DNA from: Ascoidea asiatica JCM 7603
Lineage: Eukaryota > Fungi > Ascomycota
NCBI GenBank assembly: GCA_001600695.1
Contig: BCKQ01000002.1
Coordinates: 827,184 to 891,183 of the forward strand
Length of the DNA: 64,000 nt
Direction: 5' to 3'
Below, in pieces: positions 1 through 10,146 of this stretch. The stretch's first letter is position 1. Each line of letters opens with the position of its first letter. The position numbers and the translations under genes were made by a program. A model generated the notes under the pieces. It ran no database searches, was not told the origin of the DNA, and worked only from the letters and a program-made list of their open reading frames with translations.

Positions 1-742
1 GAAGACATATCAGTTGTTGAAATTGAAGGAATTCTATTATGAAAATTATTATTTTTTGGAGTTGAGGGTGGATAAGTAATTGAATGATTAACTTTTGTAT
101 TTATTATAATATCTTTTTGAATTTGATTTTGATTATCATTATAGTTTATAATTTTTTTAGATAAATCAGTTAATTCATAATAAGTAATTGAATTAATATT
201 ATTAATTTGAAAATTTGAATTAATAATAATTGATTTAAAAATTGAATTTTTTGAATAAGATAATTTAATTAATTTTAAATTTAATAAAGAATTACCAAAT
301 TTTTCAATATCACTTATTGAGAATTGAGATTTAGAATTATTTGATTTTAAAAAATTAGAAAGATTAAAATTTGTAAAATTTAAATTATTATTGTTATTGT
401 TGTCATTGGTGTCATTGTTAATATTATTATTATTGATTGAAATTTTTTTATTTAAGAAAATTATTTCATCATTTAAATCAGATAAAAAGTTTTTTAATTC
501 AATGAAATTATTAAAATTTGAAACACCAATAGATAAAGGATAATTGAATGTATTTATTATTAAATCATCATCACTAATTTTTTTTGGTGGATCTGATTGA
601 GAATTTGAAATTGAATGAGAAATGGAATTAGATCTTGAAAGAGAATTAGATTCATTAAAAGTCATTGATTTTGAGAAAGATTTAGATAAAGATTGAAAAG
701 GAGATTGATTAATGTTATTATTATCAGAAGTTGTAGCGGTGG

Positions 743-773
<31 letters not shown>

Positions 774-1475
774 GATGGTGGTTGAAATTGAATTTGAATT
801 CATTGGAGATTGAAACTCATCATATAATTTATATTTATTAAAATAATCTAATTGTAAAATTGATAAATTTTTTAAAATATTATTATAATCATTTAAGAAA
901 TCAGAGAAGAAATTTGAATTTAAAATTATAAAATTATTAAAATTTTTTTTAAAATTAATTAAATCATTTAAAAATTTTGAATTAATTTGTAAAATTAAAT
1001 TTTTTTTAAGAAAATTAATATCATTTAAATTATTTAAATTTAATTCAAAATTACTTAATAAAGATCTTATTGTTTTTTTATTATTTTTAATATTTTGATT
1101 AATTTGATTATTTGATTTAATATTATTTATAAATGATTTTTTATTTGAAGAATCTATAATATTTAAATAATTATAATTTAATGGGAAACCATTAAATTCA
1201 TTTCTTTCAATTATATTAAAATCATCATCAATTATTGATCTTAATTTATAAAAATCATTAAAAAAAGCAGATTTATTTTTTAAAATTAATGGATTTGAAA
1301 TTGAATTAATTTTTTCATTAAATTCAATAGATATTGAAATTGATTCTTTTATTGAATTTATGAAATTAATAATTTCAATTAATTCATTAAGTGAAAGATT
1401 TAATCTATTTAATAAATTATCAATTTGAAATTTATAATCTCTATTTGAAGACCAAAATGAATTTGCAAATCTCAT
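1..1475 (-). CDS. F-BAR/DEP-domain Rho GTPase-activating protein, Rgd2/Rgd3-like (3' part runs off the window start)
   Basis: Not in the ORF track because it has no stop in the window. ATG at 1475 gives MRFANSFWSSNRDYKFQIDNLLNRL, resembling the F-BAR start of Rgd2-type proteins. The frame was spot-checked open at ~1200 and ~500 (YPLSIGVSNF..ELKNFL; SISDIEKFGNSLLNLKLI is DEP-like). Confidence 0.65.
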
Positions 1476-2601
1476 TATTATTATTATTATTGAAATATGT
1501 GTATATAAAGAGAAAGTTTTAAAGCAGTTTGAAGTTGAATAGCTAATGATAATTTAAAATAGGAATTTAGAATATCTATTTATATTATTTCAATTTGATT
1601 TGTTTTAACTTGAATTAAATTGATTTACCTAGTTTTAACTTAGATTAATCAAAATTTTCTGAGTTGATTTGAGATTATTATAATATGAGAAATGAAAGAA
1701 CTGAAAAAAAAAAAGAAATCAAATAACTCTAAGGTGAAGATTATTAAATGATTATGATATAATTAATCATTTATTGAATATGATATAAAAAATTCAGTCT
1801 TAAGAGTTGTTCTTTTATATTAATACTCAAAATATATTTAAAATAGTTCCAAAAATACGTATATAAAACATTATATTTTCATACTATTTTTATTAGATAC
1901 CTAAGAGTTACTCAGAGATGGTTTTTGGTGATTGAGCGTTACAGCTAGCGCTAACAGTAACAGCATTTAGCACTGGCTGGCGCTAACGTCGACGTTACCT
2001 CTTTGTTTGTTTGTTTGTTTGTTGTTACCATCCTCAGGGCTCCAATCGAGCAGAAGCCAGAGTCACATGGGCAATAGGAGAAGACCCTTACAAGTGGTGT
2101 CCGGTTCATAAGGACTAGGTTATTGATATTCGAGGACATAATCTATTTTAGGACAAGAAATAAGAAGAACCATGTATTTGGTCTCAGTCTGGGTTTTCGT
2201 TTGTGTATAGCCAGCTGCAAACCACAAAACTGAGACTTTCCTAATTGGGAACAGCTCTTTTGAATGATTTATCCATTGATAGAAGAAGCAGAAGAAGCAG
2301 AAGAAGTATCTTCATTTCCTTAATTACTCACAAAAGTACTGAATCTATAATGCTTTGTGATGACTTGTATGTTACTCCTTTTGAAATGACTGTTCTTCTT
2401 CTTCTGCCTTGGTATTTTCCCTTTATTTGAAGTAGTATTTTTATACTCTAATACTCAAATGAAATAATCTAAACATAATCAAAAGATATTATATTATTCA
2501 ATTAACAGTCAAATAATCTTAAAAAACTTTAACTTACATTATATTATTACTATTTCAATAAACAATTATATATCATTTATTATTCATTTCAATCAAAAAA
2601 A

Positions 2602-3339
2602 ATGTTTTTTTTAAATATTTCATTGCTTATATTATTATTATCTTTAATATCATCAATTTATTCAATTAAATCTAATGATGAATTTAATCCAAATCATTTA
2701 ATTAAAAGAGAATTTAATAATTTAGATAAATTAAATAGTGTTAATAAACTTATTAATACTCAATTACCTTTTTATTCAAATAAAAATTTAAATAATCAAC
2801 AACAACAACAACAACAACAATATCAAGAACAAGAACATAAAAAACAAAATCAAGAAATTCAAGAAGAACAAAAAAAATTTCATTTATTAACAAATTCAGA
2901 ACCTAAAAATTCTTTAACTCCCACAATTCCTACTTCTTCTTCTTTTTCTTCTTCTTCTACTACTTCATATTCCCCAATTTCAACAGTAATTTGGGTAACT
3001 GGTACTGATTCTGATGGTATTACAAAAACAACTCAATCTGTTTTCACTCAATCTTTTTTAAAAATTAATTCAAATTCACTTTCTAAAAATTTAAATTTAA
3101 TTCCAACTGGTTCAATTGCTTTACCAAATAATAATAATTTAGATTATATTAATGATATAAATAAAGATATAATTGATTATAATAATCAATTTAATTTAAA
3201 TGAAATTGATAATAATTATAAAAATAAAAATTTAAGACAATCAAATAATTCAATTAGTTCAAAATTATTGAATTTAAATTTAAATCTATTCATATATTTA
3301 TCTTTTCTTTCTTTTATATCCTTTTTAATTTACTTATAA
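2602..3339 (+). CDS. KRE1: Kre1-like GPI-anchored cell-surface protein (beta-1,6-glucan / killer-toxin receptor family)
   Basis: Signal peptide, Kex2-type KR site, Ser/Thr tract, Kre1-type motif VIWVTGTDSDGITKTTQSVFTQSF..PTGSI, hydrophobic C-terminal GPI signal. Confidence 0.7.
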   Translation: MFFLNISLLILLLSLISSIYSIKSNDEFNPNHLIKREFNNLDKLNSVNKLINTQLPFYSNKNLNNQQQQQQQQYQEQEHKKQNQEIQEEQKKFHLLTNSEPKNSLTPTIPTSSSFSSSSTTSYSPISTVIWVTGTDSDGITKTTQSVFTQSFLKINSNSLSKNLNLIPTGSIALPNNNNLDYINDINKDIIDYNNQFNLNEIDNNYKNKNLRQSNNSISSKLLNLNLNLFIYLSFLSFISFLIYL

Positions 3340-3444
3340 CTCTAAAATCTTAGTTTAGTTTCAAGTCTTTATTCTATATTGTTAATTTTTATATACTAAT
3401 AAATGAATAAATAAGTAAATAAATAAATAAATAAATTAATATTC

Positions 3445-6400
3445 TTATAATGCACAGATTTCATAATCTTCTTCTTCTTCTTCTTTTTCTTCATCTGTTT
3501 TAAAATCATCATTGTATCCATCGTTATATTCATATTCATTAATATCTTCATTCATAGTATCACTTTTTTTAGTATCTAATTTCAAATTATTATTATCAAA
3601 ATTATCAAAATTATGATAATTATATTTCTCAAATCCATCAAATTCTCCATTAAATGCCATTTTTAACCACCAAAATATTTTATTATAAATTATAAAATTT
3701 CCATTATGATAACTAATACTATGATCACTATCTGGAAATACCATTAAATCAAATTTATTTTCAATAAAATTTAAATTAAATAAATCAATAATTTTTAAAA
3801 AATTTTGAAAATGAACATTATCATCTCCTGTACCATGACAAATTAAAAATCTTTTTTTATTTTCAAAATTCTTTATACTTATTTTATTACCAATACTTGT
3901 ATTTAAATATCCTTCTAAATTTTCTTCTGGTGTATGCATATATCTTTCTGTATAAATTGAATCATAAAATCTAAAATCTGTAACGGGAGCAACTGAAATT
4001 CCATATTTAAATACATTCTCAATATCTTTTTCAAGAGTTTTCAATGTCATAAATCCTCCATAACTCCACCCCCAAATTGCTGTTCTTTCTTCATCAATAT
4101 AATCTTTTTTTGAATAAATTTTTCCTGCTGAAATTTGATCAATAACTTCATAATATCCTAATTTATCTCTAACAATAGATCTAAATTTTCTACCTTTAAA
4201 TCCAGTACCTCTACCATCAACTGTAACAACAATAACTCCTTGAGATGCAATTAGATGTGAAAATCCAACTGAATATCTTTTTTGAACTAATTGTGATATT
4301 GGTCCACCATAAACATAAAATAATAAAGGATATTTTTTATTTGGATCAAAATCTTTAGGACGAATTTCTTGACAATTTACAATAATATCTTCATTATTTT
4401 CATCTTTACCTAAATTTAATTCTTCATTAAAAATAGTTATTGGAATATCATATTCTTCAAGTAATTCACTTAATTTTTCATTTTTAGTTATAATTTTTCT
4501 ATCAATTTTTTCATTTACACTATCATTATCATTATTATTTTCATTATTATCTGTAAAATCAATTAATTCTTGATATGGAATTTTAGGACCATTATAACTT
4601 AATAATAAATATTTTGAATCTTTTGAAAAAGAAGCTGAATACCAACCAGGTTTTGAATCATCAGAAATTGATTTTAAATTTAAACCATTTAAATCTATTG
4701 AATATAAATGTCTTTCAATTGAAGATTTCATTGTTGATAAAAAATAAATTAAATTTTTATCAGAATCAAAAGCAATTACACCATTTGTAACTTCCCAATT
4801 ACCAGAAGTTAAAATTTTTTTTGGAATTGTTGATTCTGGTGGTGAAAAATAAGCTAAATGATCATAACCATTATTTACAATTACATCTATATAACCATCA
4901 TTTAATCTACCATTTTTAATATCTTTTGGTATAAAAAAAGTATTATGAGTTATTTCAAACCAACCTCCATCAATTGAAGAATCTTCTTTTCTAATTAAAT
5001 TTATAGATAAATCAATTGAATTAATTAAATAAATTTTTAAAATATCACTTGTTCTATTTGTTACTCTTAATAAAATTTTTGAATTGCCAACCCATAAAAC
5101 ATCAGTGATTAAATTATCTTTTTTAATTGGAGTATCTAAATTTATATCAAATTCAGTTAAATTATCATTTGATAAATTATATAAAATTATTGAAACTATT
5201 GGATTTTTTGAACCAGATTTTGGATATTTAATATTTAAATAATTTGGATAAATTTGATTTTTATTTTGAAAAAAATAAGTTAATTTATAATCATTAACAA
5301 AAGTTTCATTAGTTTTTAAAAATGATAAATATTTACCATTTGGAGACCACCACATAACATTATCATTTTCGAATACTTCTTCTTCATAAACCCAATCAGG
5401 TTTACCATAAAATAAATCTTTATTACCATTAAAAGTTAATTGATTAATATTATTTGAAATTATATTTTTTATATAAATATTATTATTATAAACAAAAGAT
5501 AGATGAATTGAATCTGGAGACCAAGAAATTGTTGAGATTTTATTTAAATTAAAAATTGGAGTAAAAATTAAGTTATTAAAATCTAATAACCAATAAATTG
5601 AAAATGAAGAATGTCTATAAGATTTAGTTTTATTTGATTGAATTAAAGCATAATTAAAATTTGGAGAAGCAATTAAATTATCAATTTTATAAGAAATATT
5701 ATTATAAATAAAAGAATTTGAATTATTTTCTGGTTTATAAAGAATTTTATTATAATTTATATCATTAATTTTTTTAATAATATAAGTATTATTTTTATTA
5801 ATTAAATAAGTTCCAGAACTGTTGGTTGAATTTGATTGAATCCATTGAAAAGATTTGAAATCAGGTTGAAAAGTACCATTTTTTAATAAATTTAAATTTA
5901 AATTCAATTTACCTTTGTTAGAATGATTTAAATCAAAAGGTTGTAGTTTTTGGTAATCGTTATTATTGTTATTGTTATTGTTATTGTTATTTCTATTTCT
6001 ATTTCTATTCAGTTGATCAATGATTAATTTATTTTGATTTGAAATTGAAGATGTAGGTAAAGGTTTTGACAAAGATGAATAAGTAGATATAGATATCGAA
6101 TATGGCAATGAATTAGATATGAAAGTGGAGTTTGAATTTGAATTAGATAAAGATAATGAAAACAATCTAATTTCTCTGATTAATAGAAAAGAACCCCAGA
6201 TTAAGAAAGTAAATAATATTGAGAAAAGTAAGTAATTCTTAGAAGAGTATAATGATTTTATATTCTTGATATTTTTATTATTTCTTTTTCTTTTAACTTT
6301 CAATTTCTCATTACATTTTTCATTATTCTTATTATCATTATTGTTATCAGAATCTGTATATATCAGTTCAACTTCATGATCACTTAAAAGTAAATAATTT

Positions 6401-6462
6401 ATATCATCATTATTATGAATATTATTAGAAATTGAATTTGAGATTGAATTTGAATTAGACAT
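3445..6462 (-). CDS. DAP2: Type II membrane dipeptidyl aminopeptidase (S9B, Dap2/Ste13 family)
   Basis: N-terminal TM anchor, PDWVYEEEV, catalytic GWSYGG, HGTGDDNVHFQN, FPDSDHSI. DAP2 versus STE13 is not firmly resolved. Confidence 0.85.
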   Translation of the reverse strand: MSNSNSISNSISNNIHNNDDINYLLLSDHEVELIYTDSDNNNDNKNNEKCNEKLKVKRKRNNKNIKNIKSLYSSKNYLLFSILFTFLIWGSFLLIREIRLFSLSLSNSNSNSTFISNSLPYSISISTYSSLSKPLPTSSISNQNKLIIDQLNRNRNRNNNNNNNNNNNDYQKLQPFDLNHSNKGKLNLNLNLLKNGTFQPDFKSFQWIQSNSTNSSGTYLINKNNTYIIKKINDINYNKILYKPENNSNSFIYNNISYKIDNLIASPNFNYALIQSNKTKSYRHSSFSIYWLLDFNNLIFTPIFNLNKISTISWSPDSIHLSFVYNNNIYIKNIISNNINQLTFNGNKDLFYGKPDWVYEEEVFENDNVMWWSPNGKYLSFLKTNETFVNDYKLTYFFQNKNQIYPNYLNIKYPKSGSKNPIVSIILYNLSNDNLTEFDINLDTPIKKDNLITDVLWVGNSKILLRVTNRTSDILKIYLINSIDLSINLIRKEDSSIDGGWFEITHNTFFIPKDIKNGRLNDGYIDVIVNNGYDHLAYFSPPESTIPKKILTSGNWEVTNGVIAFDSDKNLIYFLSTMKSSIERHLYSIDLNGLNLKSISDDSKPGWYSASFSKDSKYLLLSYNGPKIPYQELIDFTDNNENNNDNDSVNEKIDRKIITKNEKLSELLEEYDIPITIFNEELNLGKDENNEDIIVNCQEIRPKDFDPNKKYPLLFYVYGGPISQLVQKRYSVGFSHLIASQGVIVVTVDGRGTGFKGRKFRSIVRDKLGYYEVIDQISAGKIYSKKDYIDEERTAIWGWSYGGFMTLKTLEKDIENVFKYGISVAPVTDFRFYDSIYTERYMHTPEENLEGYLNTSIGNKISIKNFENKKRFLICHGTGDDNVHFQNFLKIIDLFNLNFIENKFDLMVFPDSDHSISYHNGNFIIYNKIFWWLKMAFNGEFDGFEKYNYHNFDNFDNNNLKLDTKKSDTMNEDINEYEYNDGYNDDFKTDEEKEEEEEDYEICAL

Positions 6463-7388
6463 TATTTGTCTATAATTATTTGAAATTTTATAGCTATTTT
6501 TATTTCTATATCTAGAGGTGTATCTGACTCTTAAGATACCGTTATTGAAGTTAGAAATTATTAATGATTTATAAACATGTAATTGAAAAGAATATATATA
6601 TTCACTTTATTGAAAATAATGAAATTTAGATATAATTGGATTTGTTAAAAAAAAAAAAAAGTAATTTAGGTTAATTGATGAATAGCTAAATAAGTAGCTA
6701 GAGTATGAAATTGGATCCAAATGGAGAAAAAAAAAAAAGGATTTGGTAATAGCAAATAAGAGTCCTTTGAGTAGTACTTCCTGGTGAAATGAAAGAAAAG
6801 AAAAGAAAAGTACTCACACAAGAACCTAAAGAACTGGAAGTAGAAGCAGAAGAAGCAGAAACTGAAGAACAAAAGAAACAAAAACATAAAAAGCAAAATG
6901 AGAGCCGAATGAGAACTCAAAAAGAGAAAGAGAAACAGGAAAAGCATGCGCGTTTGTTTACAAGCAAAATGCAGCGGGTCCTGAGGCGGGTGAAGTTTAA
7001 AAAAGGAGGCTGGTGACGCCAGATTTGTGGTTATTTTTTTAATGCAAGTAAATGTTTTAATAGTTAGGGCAGAGTGTAAAATACGTTAATATACAGTAGA
7101 TGACATCCGCCCGGTCCGAGACTCTCGGAAGCAGCCGGCCCCCTCCGTGCACTTTCCCAAGTGAATTTGAGTGGATCTAAAGTTCCAGGTTTTAACTCGC
7201 AGAATGTGATTATATTCTAATAAAGGATTTATTCCTTTGTTTTATCTATTTGATTTATTTAATAATCGATATTGAATATATTTATTCAAACAACTGTCAA
7301 TTATTATTATATTCATTCACCAGTTTTATAAATATTATTCACTTTTCATACATCATCTCATTAATCTGTTGCTACTGCTGTCCTTTGA

Positions 7389-7728
7389 ATGAAGATGGCG
7401 CTTATTGACTTACAACCAATTTCCTTGATTCAAGCTTATCTTAATCAATTCTATCAATCACAAGATAATAATAATCCTCAATATAATCTTCAATCTGATT
7501 CTCAAAATAATTTAGAAACTAATTATTCAAATGATTTACAAAATCAGTCTACTTCTATTTCTAATAATTCTATAAAATCAAATGATGATTCAAACTTAAA
7601 TTTAAAATTAAATCAAAAAAATATTGCAATTAAAGGTTTATATGATCATCAAGTTCAATATAATTATGCATCTGAATTGGATTCAAGCGATGAAGATTAT
7701 TCATCCGAAGCAGAAACTGTAAATTATG

Positions 7729-7781
<53 letters not shown>

Positions 7782-9440
7782 CTTACTAATAGTTCAAACC
7801 AAGTCAATGAAAACAATAATTATCCAATTTTACTAAAATTATCAAATCAATATTTATTATATGAATTATTTAAAATTAATGAAAATTTCAAAGTTTATAT
7901 TAATTTAAATTCAAATTTTAAAACTTCTTTAATTAATTTATTTGATAATTATCTTTTAAAAATATATAATTTAAATTCTTCTATATTCAATAAGACTATT
8001 ATTACTGATAACTTTATTTCAAATAAAACTTTATTAAAATGGTCAAATTTTTATAATTTTAAATATTTCTTTTCAAATTATAATATCTCTAACCAACACA
8101 ATAATGATAATGAAAATGATGATCAAATTTTAATTGATTTTTTTAAAATATTCATTTCCGCTTTAATTATTCAATCTGATGATAATTTAATTCCATGGTT
8201 AAATAATTTAATTAATTTTGAATTATCTAAATCTTATACTAAAATTAATTCAATTAATCAATTATATAATCTATCATTATCTAAAATTTCATATTTACCA
8301 AATTCTGAATCTTCAAATATTATTCAAATTGATAATATTAAATTCAATCCAAATTTTAAATATTCTTATAATTCAAATAATCAATTAATTAAAACTGATT
8401 TATTTATTTATAATCAACTTATTTTATCATATCCTTCAAATTTAACTACAAATAATAATAGTAACAAGAACTCCTTAACTAATATTCAATTAATTAATGA
8501 ATATTTATTAAACTCATTGAATTTAAATAAAAGTTCAATTTTGATGAAAATTAATAATTTTTTAAATCTTTTAACTTTTAATTATACTTCTATAATTAAT
8601 AAAAATTCAAAATTAATCAATTTTCCAGAATTTTCATCTACTTTGTCTTTAAATAATTCAAATTCAATTAAATCTTTTTCTATAAAAAATTTAAAACTAA
8701 TTATAAATAAAAATGAAAAAATTTTTTTTGAAATTTATAATTTAAATAATAGTACTAATGATATTCAAAATGAAAATGATGCTTTAAATGATTTTCATAA
8801 TAAAAGTAAAGGTAAAGATAAAGATAAAGGAAAAGAAAAAGAGAAACAAAAAGAAAATAGAAATAAAAATGACTTCAAAAGTGAAAGTGAAAATGATATA
8901 ATTCAATCTCAAAATAAAAATTACCAATTACCAACTTTTGTTGTATGTTATAAAATAAATAATAGAGGAATTAAAGAAAAATTATCTGTTGGTTCTGGAT
9001 GGGATTATAAAGATGCTTGTGAAAGAAGTTCATTGATTGCAGTTCAAATTATTGATAAAGAAAATGAAATTCCAAAACCATATGAAAAAGAAAATACTGA
9101 AATAAATTTTATTACAAAAGTTGTATTAAAATATGGTGATTCAATAACTTTTAAAAAATTACAAAAGCCATGTACTAAAACTGACTGTTTAAAAAAAAAT
9201 GCAACTTGTACTTTGGTACCTTATGTTTCAGCATGTGTTTTTACTCAAAAAAATAAACATATTATGCTTGGTGTTGGTTTAAGTATGAATGAAAAAGAAA
9301 GTATTGAAAAGGCTTGTGAAGTTACAATTAATTCAAATTCTGATATTTCAATTGATAATGAAAATCCATGTGGAAATTTTAATGGTATGAAAGATGTTAA
9401 TAAATGTGATAATGTTGATTTCAGTGAAAAAGATTTTTGA
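7389..9440 (+). CDS. Degenerate, probably inactive RNase III (Rnt1/Dcr1/Cdl1-like) protein with up to three dsRBD-like domains
   Basis: Collinear matches to recalled S. cerevisiae Rnt1: KVYI~KVYL; TSLINLFDNYL~ERLEFLGDSIL; SNKTLLKWSNFYNF~SNEQIKQWSIMYNF; ILIDFFKIFISAL~LYADVFEAYIGGL; PWLNNL~KWLRKL; NSINQLYNL~NAKRQLYSL. Two C-terminal LxxGxG/GxS + helix dsRBD-like segments. Confidence 0.75.
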
Positions 9441-10146
9441 TACTTGAATCAAACTATGAAACTCTTTGTGTAATATTTCAATTTTGTTTAATAGTTTTAT
9501 ATGATCCCCAAAATATTCTTTTTTTAATTGTTTCAAATGTTTTTTTTTTCTATTTCCTGTTTTTATGGTTTGATTTATGACATTAAATATTCCTTTTTCA
9601 CAATATTTGTTTATATTATTTATTTATATTAATTCTTTCAATTATTATGTTATACAGTATTTAGTTTTTCGCTTTCAAAGTGTCCTCACCGAACTCCGTA
9701 GGTGCTAAATTCTAAACTGTATTTAGAATTTAGGATTTAGAACTTCTAACCCTAAATGGTTTTTCCGAAATAGTTATTCCGATAATTATTCCGAATTGAC
9801 ACAAAAAGGAAAAAATGAAAACAGTTTCAAGGAATGAATTATTGGAAAGGAGAGAATTCAAAGCTTTGAATAAATTCGAAAAATATCTGATAAAAATGTT
9901 CTTAGTAACCTTTTACATTTTCAAATTTGCAACTCAAAAACTATAAATTTAATCTTTTATTATCTATTAAAGGTTTAACTATGAAACTCACTACTATTTA
10001 TATTAAAAAAACTATTTATATAAAAAGAACTACTCCCTGTATTTGGTCAATAATACCATAACATTTAAATTAAGAAAAAAATACGAATTAAGCAACTACT
10101 ATAGAAAATAAAAATTAATTAATTGAAAGCAAATAATTATTATTGA

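Noticed and set aside
3445-3470. C-terminal ..ICAL of the dipeptidyl peptidase as CaaX or PTS1
   Set aside because: Cys is at -3, not -4; not a PTS1 match; the C-terminus is luminal.
6666-7016. Overlapping 93-aa (-) and 75-aa (+) ORFs
   Set aside because: Purine-rich low-complexity promoter DNA with no family motifs.
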